Shown here in pieces: positions 8,766-17,140 of a stretch of DNA of 32,000 nucleotides (the first letter of the stretch is position 1; each line of letters starts with the position of its first letter). The notes under the pieces were generated by a model. It had not been told where the DNA came from, ran no database searches, and saw nothing but the letters and a program-made list of their open reading frames with translations. Origin of the DNA: Candidatus Harpocratesius repetitus (GTDB lineage Archaea > Asgardarchaeota > Lokiarchaeia > Sigyniarchaeales > Promethearchaeaceae); the NCBI GenBank assembly GCA_021498095.1, contig JAIZWK010000001.1, positions 480,001-512,000 of the forward strand, given 5' to 3'. Both the position numbers and the translations under genes were made by a program.

Positions 8766-9968
8766 TTACAAAAAGAGATCAATCAATGGAATAAGATCAT
8801 CTCTGAATTTTCTAATTCCTAATACTTCTTCTCTTAAATCAGTGGTTAAAACCCATAAATAGACCATACCGCTATCTGATGAGGTAATATATTCAGAAAT
8901 AAAATGCAAATTATTTCTTTTATAATTTAATTCATAAAAATCTTCGCGCTGTATTCCAGTGGTAAGATGGAAAAGATAAAGATTTTGTAAATATGCTGCA
9001 GAATTCTTTAACATTTCTTCTTCTTGATGAGTTTCTCCATAGGAACCAAAAACCAATCCAGTAGAAGATATTAACACACAAGCTCGAGCTTTAATATCCT
9101 TTGTATATGCTTTCAAAAGCTCTTGGATTATTCCTCCTGAAGTAGAAATTTTCTTTAGCGCTAAAGAAAAGAGATTTTCAATGGAATTTCGTTCGTATAT
9201 TGAACTTACTGCAAATCCAACATCGAAATTTGATGAAATTTTCTCAATCTTATCGATTAATTCAAGCCGTTGCTCATTTAACTTTTCATCATTTGCAATA
9301 TCAGGATCCAATTTTGAAAATACAACTAAAACAGGAATAATTAAATTATACTTTTCAAAAGTTGTTAAAATTTTCTTGTAATAATTCAAGGACTCTTCAT
9401 ACCTATCCGGATCTTGTATATCAATGATGTAAATCATCATATCCGCACCGGTAAAATACATATCTGCCTTTTCAAAATACTGGTCTTGATATTGACTTTG
9501 TCCTCCAAAGTCGAATGCAACCAACTCATAGCCAAGAATATTAGTATTTTGGCGCTGTAAACCCCTCGTAGGGAGTAATTCTTTTATAGCGGAATATTTT
9601 TCAGATAATGCGGTAAGTGCAGAAGTTTTTCCTGCATTTCCTAATCCAAGAAAGATAATTTTCTTTTTCCCTTCACCATGTTCGGCGATTTGGGTCATAT
9701 ACCAAAAGATCAGTTCACAAATCATGGCTAGTTTATTGGTATCATCTGGATTTAATCCCTCCAATACAAGAGGTTCGCGATATTGTGCTAAATCTTTTAT
9801 AGAGACCAGATCTAACTCTTCAAAGAAGGGCTCCCATTGAGGATTCCATGCATTTAGAGTACTGAAGGGAAGATCTAAAACATCAGTTGGTTTTTTAATC
9901 GAAGTAAAATCAACCCCATCTTTGAAAAACGACTGGATTTTTGTAAAGAAACTCGGTTGTTGATCCAT
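8766..9968 (-). CDS. Rag/Gtr-like small GTPase with C-terminal roadblock/longin-like domain and about 100-aa N-terminal extension
   Basis: G1 GLGNAGKTS, G2 PTRG, G3 FDFGGQ, G4 SKLD, G5 SSIYE (Rag-type TSI). C-terminal ARACVLISSTGLVFGS is roadblock-like. Confidence 0.85.
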   Translation of the reverse strand: MDQQPSFFTKIQSFFKDGVDFTSIKKPTDVLDLPFSTLNAWNPQWEPFFEELDLVSIKDLAQYREPLVLEGLNPDDTNKLAMICELIFWYMTQIAEHGEGKKKIIFLGLGNAGKTSALTALSEKYSAIKELLPTRGLQRQNTNILGYELVAFDFGGQSQYQDQYFEKADMYFTGADMMIYIIDIQDPDRYEESLNYYKKILTTFEKYNLIIPVLVVFSKLDPDIANDEKLNEQRLELIDKIEKISSNFDVGFAVSSIYERNSIENLFSLALKKISTSGGIIQELLKAYTKDIKARACVLISSTGLVFGSYGETHQEEEMLKNSAAYLQNLYLFHLTTGIQREDFYELNYKRNNLHFISEYITSSDSGMVYLWVLTTDLREEVLGIRKFRDDLIPLIDLFL

Positions 9969-10155
9969 TTCGTAGTCACTTTTGTCAATGAGTGATCTTT
10001 GAAAAATCTTCTCTTTTAAAGAATAAGAAATAAGAAAAATAGGAGAAGTGACTTTTAGGTGAGGTAAAAATTTTCATTGGAAGTCTATTCTACACTAAGT
10101 TCTTTAAGAATTGAGAGATAATAATAATATATCAAAATTCACTAACTTGATTTAT

Positions 10156-11385
10156 ATGCCTGAAACGATCTCCGAAGCTATTGTATTTGTATTAGATGCG
10201 TCACGATCGATGTTTCGCTCAGATTATAGTCCCAATCGCCTTGATGCATGTAAATTAGGAATCATCGAATTTATTCAGGCTCGTCTACTAAATGATAGTG
10301 AAAACTCAGGTGCATCAGCTTTCGGATTGGTAGTTGTAAAATCCCAAGCAAAAAAAATTTTTGATTTTACAGATCTTGCTAAATTAGATGAGTTTTCTAA
10401 TTATTTACCCGATTTAGTTTGCGGTGGAAAAAGTGCTTTAGGTGAAGGTTTGGGAATGGCAATTAAGATTTTAATTGAGGACATCCGAACGAATGGAGCA
10501 CGAGTTCCACGTATTTTCATTTTTTCCGATGGAGCATATACCCCTTCAAAAATTGATCCTTTGAAAATGGCATCTCTTGCAAATCAATTAGGGATGAAAA
10601 TAAATGCAGTACAACTTGGGGAAGTGCAAGCATACAGCATCTTAAAGCAAATAACTGAAAAAGCAAATGGACAATTTTTACATGCAAAAAATACAGAAAA
10701 TATCATTCGTTTTGTTCAAAATATTGCACAAAGTAATTTTCTCCCACCAGGAAGTTCAGCAGATGCATCAAAATCTAGAATTCCACAACCAATTCTTAAA
10801 AAGATTGCATCACCCTTATTGACCGAAACCCAAATGACCAAAGGTTCCAAAGATCAGCAAGATTTAATTGCCCGACTTCGAGGAACCAAATCATACGAAA
10901 AATGCTCGATTTGCTTTCAAACTAACGATCCAATTTCAAAAACAGATTTCAGTATTAGCGGTGCTTATTGCCCAAACTGTGGTACTCCTATGCATTATTC
11001 ATGTGCAAGTTTGTGGGCTAAAAATCAGAATAAAGAAGGGGATGGTACAATATTTCGTTGTGTTCATTGCCTTTATTTATTAAAAATACCTGCTTCAATT
11101 AAAACTGCAGTACAGATGCACCAAAATCTAAAACAAGAAATGAGAAGCGAAGGAATGCAAACTAAAACTCAAACAGTTCAAGCATCCGTTTATTATGCGA
11201 GAGAATTAGGAGATGAAGCACTATATTCTGCTTGTCCTGTATGTTCAGGGATTTTTGAAGAAGATGAAAAAGTAATCAAATGTGGTAATAGAACGTGTAA
11301 TGCAATTTATCATGTTAAGTGCTATGATAAGTTGAAAGATCACCAATGTAAAGTTTGCGGCTCAAAAATGGTGAAAATGTTCTGA
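10156..11385 (+). CDS. VWA-domain protein (Ssl1/p44- or Rpn10-like) with two C-terminal C4HC3 RING/PHD-type zinc fingers
   Basis: VFVLDASRSM...DYSPNRL and FIFSDG (MIDAS). Fingers CSIC-CPNC-HYSC-CVHC (10903-11070) and CPVC-CGNRTC-HVKC-CKVC (11233-11358). ATG at 10156; ORF track uses TTG at 10111. Confidence 0.85.
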   Translation: MPETISEAIVFVLDASRSMFRSDYSPNRLDACKLGIIEFIQARLLNDSENSGASAFGLVVVKSQAKKIFDFTDLAKLDEFSNYLPDLVCGGKSALGEGLGMAIKILIEDIRTNGARVPRIFIFSDGAYTPSKIDPLKMASLANQLGMKINAVQLGEVQAYSILKQITEKANGQFLHAKNTENIIRFVQNIAQSNFLPPGSSADASKSRIPQPILKKIASPLLTETQMTKGSKDQQDLIARLRGTKSYEKCSICFQTNDPISKTDFSISGAYCPNCGTPMHYSCASLWAKNQNKEGDGTIFRCVHCLYLLKIPASIKTAVQMHQNLKQEMRSEGMQTKTQTVQASVYYARELGDEALYSACPVCSGIFEEDEKVIKCGNRTCNAIYHVKCYDKLKDHQCKVCGSKMVKMF

Positions 11386-11419
11386 ATATCGATTTCACCT
11401 ACCAATATGTGCATTGAAA

Positions 11420-12478
11420 ATGGACAAAAATTCTTCTCTGCTGCCTTCTTTAAAGATTGTATTCTTATACAACACAATTTCACCTTTGGTTTTGCATTAC
11501 TTGAAAAAAAAGTTTCACGCCTTTCCAAATATAGAATTAATTGTTCCTAAATCCTTATCTTTAGAAGATATGATTCCATTAGTAGAAACTGCAGATGTAT
11601 TAATTGGGTGGAAATGTCCGTTAGAATTATTAAAAAGAGCAAAAAGATTAAAATTATATATCACTCCGTACACAGGAGTTAGCTACCTAGTTGAAACTTT
11701 CAAAAAGCTTTCACCCCCTCCATCCTTTCCAATTGTTAACGCTCACGGAGCGGCAATATTAATAGCACAACACGCAGTAGCATTATTATTTGGAATTCTG
11801 AATCACCTAGTTATTCATCATAATAAAATGTTGGAAGGAAAATGGATTCCAGGCGGAGAAGGTGTAGAAGAGCAATTTCCATCAATTCCAATTATTGGAA
11901 GGAAAATTGGTTTGTTTGGTTACGGCCAAATCAATCAAAAAGTGCACAAATTACTCCAAGGATTGCCTGTTGAATTCCATATTATGAAGAGAAATTGGAA
12001 TTTTGACCAAAATGATTCATTTCCTACTCCAATTCACTCCTATATCCCAAAACAACTTGATTTATTTATGAAATCAATTGATACATTAATAATTGCTGCA
12101 CCATTAACACCTCAAACGAAGAATTTGATCAAAATGAAGCATTTACGTTTATTGGGAAAGGAAGGAATAATTGTGAATGTTGGGCGCGCTAAAATCATCA
12201 ATGAACGAGATTTATTTCATGCGTTAAAAGATCGTATTATATCACGAGCAGCTTTAGATGTATGGTATATCTATAATCCAAAACCAGATAAATTTAATCG
12301 ATTGTGGCCTTATTCTTATCCCTTTAATACTTTGAAAAATGTATTGTTATCCCCACATAGAGCAGATTCACCTTTTGATGATTTACGTCGCTGGGACGAT
12401 ATTATTGAAAATATAATAAAAGTTGCATCAGGAAAAAAAGATTTTATTAATCAAATTAATTTGGAACGGGGATATTGA
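11420..12478 (+). CDS. D-isomer-specific 2-hydroxyacid dehydrogenase family protein
   Basis: AQHAVALL, Rossmann motif IGLFGYGQI, PLTPQTKNLI, VNVGRA, AALDVW, LSPH. Confidence 0.9.
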   Translation: MDKNSSLLPSLKIVFLYNTISPLVLHYLKKKFHAFPNIELIVPKSLSLEDMIPLVETADVLIGWKCPLELLKRAKRLKLYITPYTGVSYLVETFKKLSPPPSFPIVNAHGAAILIAQHAVALLFGILNHLVIHHNKMLEGKWIPGGEGVEEQFPSIPIIGRKIGLFGYGQINQKVHKLLQGLPVEFHIMKRNWNFDQNDSFPTPIHSYIPKQLDLFMKSIDTLIIAAPLTPQTKNLIKMKHLRLLGKEGIIVNVGRAKIINERDLFHALKDRIISRAALDVWYIYNPKPDKFNRLWPYSYPFNTLKNVLLSPHRADSPFDDLRRWDDIIENIIKVASGKKDFINQINLERGY

Positions 12479-13110
12479 TTATGAATTTTAAAATTGATGC
12501 ATATCGAGTACAATTCGATCAAATTCAATTTATTGAAAGTAATGAAAAAGTAAAGCAAAACTGCCAACAACCCTACAAGGGTCATAAAGATGGATGTCCA
12601 AATTTTGGATATAATTGGAGCTGTCCACCATATAGTTCAACAATTGAAGAGACTCGAGCAACACTTTCTACTTACCAGTACTTTTGGCTTATTCGCATTA
12701 AAATCCCTGTTTATTCTCATCCAATAAAAATATGGTCAAAGATCAAAAATTCAAAGCAATTTGAATTAATTACAGACATTTTGAATGATTTTCTTGAAAA
12801 ATTTCGTGATTCTCATGCGATGGAAACAATTTATTTTTGCTCAGAATGCAGAATTTGTAAAAAAAAAGGATATAAATGCACTTGTCCAGATGAACCGTGT
12901 AGATATCCTAACAAGATTCAATTTTCTCCAGAATCTGTTGGAATTGATATATTTAAAACATTTCGTGAATTAAAATTGAAAATTGAAGAATTTCCAAAGG
13001 AATTTCTACAAAGAGTAGGTTTTATTGCTTCTGATGAAATTTTGAATTTTCCTAAAATAATTAAAAAATACCAATTATACAGAAAAATATTATCAAAATT
13101 TGAAGAATAA
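12475..13110 (+). CDS. DUF2284-like predicted metal-binding protein
   Basis: GCPNFGYNWSCPPY and CSECRIC...CTCPDEPCRYP...SPESVGIDIFKT cysteine motifs. TTG at 12475 overlaps the upstream TGA; alternative ATG at 12481. Confidence 0.8.
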   Translation: MIMNFKIDAYRVQFDQIQFIESNEKVKQNCQQPYKGHKDGCPNFGYNWSCPPYSSTIEETRATLSTYQYFWLIRIKIPVYSHPIKIWSKIKNSKQFELITDILNDFLEKFRDSHAMETIYFCSECRICKKKGYKCTCPDEPCRYPNKIQFSPESVGIDIFKTFRELKLKIEEFPKEFLQRVGFIASDEILNFPKIIKKYQLYRKILSKFEE

Positions 13111-13248
13111 AAATATCATTGGTAAATAATTAAAATTATAGAGTTTAAATCAAAAAAAAACAAATTATTATTTTGTAATTTTAGTTAATTAATCAAATCT
13201 AATTATTTATACGTTAACACTGTGAATAGTGTGAGTATTTTTTGCAGT

Positions 13249-13977
13249 TTATTCAGCTGGTTTAATATTCATATACTTCATTTTTTCATCCATCGAGAGC
13301 ATTCGAAATTGCTTAGATTCAGTATCGATGCATCCGATTTGAATGGTTTCATCTTCTATTTCTTCTTCAGTGGATTCTTTTAAGACTTGAATCCCCATTT
13401 TAATTAACTCATCTAAAGACATGTCATCTTTAAGCAATTTATTTAGCTTTTCACGAGCATCCTCAGCATTTCTTCCCATGGCAGTTCCTTTCCATGCCCA
13501 GTATGTTCCACTTGGTGACGTCGTCATAACTCGAGGCATTCCATCAGGATCTACTCCAATAATTAATAAAGCTGAACCAAAGGGTCTAACTCCCCCATGT
13601 TGAGAATATTGCTGTTTAATATCAGCTAATTTTCGAGTAATAGTTTGAATACGAACTGGTTCATTATAAGTTAATCGATGGATTTGACATTGTACTCGTG
13701 CATAATCTACAAGAATCCGAGAATCTGCATGAAGACCAGAAATACTACATCCAATATGTTGGTCAATCTTGAAAATTTTTTGAATAGTTGATGGATCCAT
13801 TAATTTACTAAATTTTTTCCGCGTGATAATAGCTGCGCCCGATTTTGATTTAATTCCAATACAAAGCGTTCCTCGGCGCACTGCTTCTAATGCATATTCT
13901 ACTTGATATAATCGTCCTTCGGGTGAAAACATGGTGATCGATCTATCGTATCCTGCATCATCGCCCTTTCTCATCAT
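13249..13977 (-). CDS. psmA: 20S proteasome alpha subunit
   Basis: Signature GYDRSITMFSPEGRLYQVEYALEAVRRG, plus SGLHADSRILVDYAR, GGVRPFGSALLIIG, TSPSG and AMGR. Confidence 0.97.
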   Translation of the reverse strand: MMRKGDDAGYDRSITMFSPEGRLYQVEYALEAVRRGTLCIGIKSKSGAAIITRKKFSKLMDPSTIQKIFKIDQHIGCSISGLHADSRILVDYARVQCQIHRLTYNEPVRIQTITRKLADIKQQYSQHGGVRPFGSALLIIGVDPDGMPRVMTTSPSGTYWAWKGTAMGRNAEDAREKLNKLLKDDMSLDELIKMGIQVLKESTEEEIEDETIQIGCIDTESKQFRMLSMDEKMKYMNIKPAE

Positions 13978-14220
13978 AGTTTCTTAAGCCTCTAGAGTAT
14001 ATTTCATTACTTACTATAGAGAATAATGAATATAAGTGTAAAAAATTTTGGGCTATTATAGAAAAGAACTTCTTGATAACTTGATAACTTATTCTCTATA
14101 TAACCATTTACTCAGCCAATAAGCCCTTTAATTCCTCTAAGTTTTATATTGTGATTAATTGTATTACTTAAGTTTTATTGAAACACTGAAACGTCATATT
14201 AAAAATTCAATAGGAAATTG

Positions 14221-15375
14221 ATGGCTATGGATTGGGACAATGAATCTTTTGAGAAAGAGATAGAAATTGAACGTGCAAACGAGATTATTCAAGATGCACT
14301 CGAACTTTGTCAAAAAGGAAACATTAAGGCAGCCATCTACCTTACTATGCGTGCTATTGAGATTTACTTGAATATAGGTGTTTATCTTCAAATTTCTCCT
14401 GCGTTTAATCAGTTAGCTACTTTTGTTCAAAAAGAAACTGAAATCCTATTAATCATGGAAAAAGTTCAAAATATTATTGTTGAACTTGAATACTTAGATC
14501 TTCAAGAAGAAATCGCAAAATTGAAACTAGTTTTATCTGTATTGGCATATAAACAGGAAAACTATCACACTGCAGCCAATCTTTACCAAGAAACAGCTGA
14601 TCTTTTTTTTTCGATTGATCCAGAAGAATATCGGCAAGCAAGTACAATGTTTTTACTTCGAGCTGCAGAATGTTTTGAAAAGATTAATCGGATGGAACGA
14701 GCAAAAAGATTAGTGTTTAAAGCAATACAAATGAATAATACCAGTATTTTCGATTATCCTACCCATTTTCAAAAATTAATTAAACTGATTCAAACTAAGA
14801 AATATGAACAGGCAGTTAATGAACTTAGAGAAATTGCTAAATTCTTCAGAGATCTTTGCCAAGGTTTGAAGATCGTTGAAGAATTTAGCCAAACATTCGA
14901 GTATCTAAAGAATAATGTGTTAACTCGACTAATCCATATGATTTCAGAATTTAATCTCTTGAAGATGATGTGCTATCGACATTTAGGATTGATCGAACAA
15001 GTAAAAGATCAAGCTAAGAAATCTATCGATGATTTAAAGAGATCAATTAAAATTTTCAAAGATGAAATCAAAAAATCCCATTATACTTCTGCAGATTTGC
15101 AACACCTAACTTTTATTGTTTTTCTATTACAAGTTTTTCAAGAATTCGCAGATTATCAAATCGAAGACCCAAGAGATCTAATTCTTAGAGATGTTCCATT
15201 AAAAATTCAGGAAATTATTCAAAAACTTGATTTTTTCAAGTATACGGTTAAAATTGTAGAATCTGATTTACGACAATGCATAGATCTATTCGAAGACCTA
15301 CCATTCTCCCATATATTGGCACCATTTCGTAATTTTATCCAGCAATCATTAAAGCAATTAAATGTTGATTGCTGA
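14221..15375 (+). CDS. Alpha-helical TPR-like repeat protein with alpha-SNAP-like segments
   Basis: All-helical composition. TPR-like units AAIYLTMRAIEIYLNIG, AANLYQETADLF, FLLRAAECFEKI and YEQAVNELREIA. Confidence 0.6.
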   Translation: MAMDWDNESFEKEIEIERANEIIQDALELCQKGNIKAAIYLTMRAIEIYLNIGVYLQISPAFNQLATFVQKETEILLIMEKVQNIIVELEYLDLQEEIAKLKLVLSVLAYKQENYHTAANLYQETADLFFSIDPEEYRQASTMFLLRAAECFEKINRMERAKRLVFKAIQMNNTSIFDYPTHFQKLIKLIQTKKYEQAVNELREIAKFFRDLCQGLKIVEEFSQTFEYLKNNVLTRLIHMISEFNLLKMMCYRHLGLIEQVKDQAKKSIDDLKRSIKIFKDEIKKSHYTSADLQHLTFIVFLLQVFQEFADYQIEDPRDLILRDVPLKIQEIIQKLDFFKYTVKIVESDLRQCIDLFEDLPFSHILAPFRNFIQQSLKQLNVDC

Positions 15376-15430
15376 AAAGATAGAAAGGAAAATTCTAAAA
15401 AATACTAAATAGTACTAGATTGCAGTTAGA

Positions 15431-17092
15431 TTATTCTAAAGGTTTTGAATGTGTTTTGGCAAGTTTTTCTTCTATACGTTCCCGATGGATGGTATTATAG
15501 GTGCAAAAAGGAATTTCTAGAACTCTTTTTCCTTCAGGATCATCTGGATCTAAAACCCCATAATGAACCACGCATTTTTGAACCCGTGCTACATCCAAGT
15601 CATAAGCGTCTTGAAAATGCATACATCCAACGAATAACATCCCATGTTGCAACATTTGTTTAGATTTTTCAATCCGAACATCATTTAAGAAATTCAAAAT
15701 ATAACGATACATTGGATCATTCATAATTTTAGAAAAATTGAAATTCTTCACGTATTTTAACGCACCAATACCCCAATACAATTTCATAAAATTTCTGTAT
15801 GCAATATCAGTCATTTTGTCAGAAAAATCAGTAAGCACATCAAATGCTCGCTCAATCCCGAGTGTATAGGCAAATGTTTTAAGACCGAGTAACCACTTTG
15901 AAGGTTTTGGAATTTCTCTTTTAAGAACCATATCCCAGCATTGATTTGACCAAGAAATAAAACCTTCAACATCAATTAGGTCTTCCATGGCAACCCATTC
16001 GCCATCTTGAATCGGCATAAAAGTTGCCCATCCGCAATCATCATGAGCAGAAATGGACCATCTAGGTAAATCGGAAAACCATACTAACAATTGAGTCAAT
16101 TTACTTGAAGTAGCTAGAGGATAAAACTTTGTAATCTTATTATCAGTAACTTTTATAATTTCATCAATTAAATCGCTGGCAGTATAGCGCATATTCATTA
16201 AATCTTCTAAAGTAATTCTTCCACATAATGACACAGGTTGAAAGACAACACCGCCTATAATATCATTATTTTGTTTGGCATATTCCAAAATAGGCCCAAT
16301 TTCATGATCATTTACTCCTTTGGCGATTGTGGATACTAAAAATATCCCATCAAGACCTACTTCTCGGCAATTGTCTATTACTTGCTGTTTGATATCAGTT
16401 AAGTCCTTTCCCCGGATTTTTTCATATATTTGATGAGATTGCTCGCTTGATGCATCCCATGAAAGATATACTGCACCTAATCCCACTTCCTTTAGTTGTC
16501 GGCAAAATTCTTTGCTTCTTGCCATTCGAATTCCGTTAGTATTCAACATTGTATGGGGAAAACCCAAATCATTTGCTTTTTTAATTATATCAAGAATTTT
16601 AGGATGAAGTGTAGGTTCTCCACCTGAAAATTGAGCAATAGCAGCATGATAAGGTCGTTGTTTAATAAAATATTCCATTATTTTTACGATTTCATTAAAT
16701 GAGTATTCAACAATTCGTCCAGCAGCATTTGAATTAGCGAAACATATAGGACAATTTAAATTACAACGATTTGTTATATCAATAATCATCAAATTTGCAG
16801 CAGATTGATGTTTATCACATAATCCACAATCATACGGACATCCTTTTTGTGTTGGAATTTTAATGATATTTTCAGGTGTAGTAGAAAAATTAGAATCTAG
16901 TTTCACCGCCTCATGATTTTTCCATTTATAATATTCAGGATTATTAGAAATTTTGTCCATAAATTCTCCGTGTTTTGGACATTTTTTTCTCATTAATACC
17001 CAGTTAGTTTCTGGATCCACAAAAATTTCGGCGGGAATGGGTTCCATACATTCTGGGCAAACAGATGTGGTCTTTCTGAGAATTTCAACCAT
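15431..17092 (-). CDS. tes: Tetraether lipid synthase Tes (GDGT-MAS, MJ0619-like radical SAM enzyme)
   Basis: N-terminal CPEC...CPKHG, GCPYDCGLC..H, radical SAM CNLNCPIC, QFSGGEPT, FQPVS..GR, and C-terminal CMHFQDAY..D..RV.KC..HY and IPFCTYN. All match the Tes family as I recall it. Confidence 0.9.
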   Translation of the reverse strand: MVEILRKTTSVCPECMEPIPAEIFVDPETNWVLMRKKCPKHGEFMDKISNNPEYYKWKNHEAVKLDSNFSTTPENIIKIPTQKGCPYDCGLCDKHQSAANLMIIDITNRCNLNCPICFANSNAAGRIVEYSFNEIVKIMEYFIKQRPYHAAIAQFSGGEPTLHPKILDIIKKANDLGFPHTMLNTNGIRMARSKEFCRQLKEVGLGAVYLSWDASSEQSHQIYEKIRGKDLTDIKQQVIDNCREVGLDGIFLVSTIAKGVNDHEIGPILEYAKQNNDIIGGVVFQPVSLCGRITLEDLMNMRYTASDLIDEIIKVTDNKITKFYPLATSSKLTQLLVWFSDLPRWSISAHDDCGWATFMPIQDGEWVAMEDLIDVEGFISWSNQCWDMVLKREIPKPSKWLLGLKTFAYTLGIERAFDVLTDFSDKMTDIAYRNFMKLYWGIGALKYVKNFNFSKIMNDPMYRYILNFLNDVRIEKSKQMLQHGMLFVGCMHFQDAYDLDVARVQKCVVHYGVLDPDDPEGKRVLEIPFCTYNTIHRERIEEKLAKTHSKPLE

Positions 17093-17140
17093 AACAATTA
17101 CCTAGTTTATCTAGTGTTTAAGAATTACATCTTTTACTAA

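Noticed and set aside
9974-10053. 8-bp inverted repeat AGTCACTT/AAGTGACT that could sequester the GTPase ribosome-binding site
   Set aside because: The stem is short, the arms are about 65 nt apart, and there is no evidence the transcript extends that far.
15370-15414. Cys-TGA end of the SNAP-like gene with 12 further open codons, as possible selenocysteine read-through
   Set aside because: No known selenoprotein family, and the only SECIS-like element is about 1.8 kb away beyond an antisense gene.
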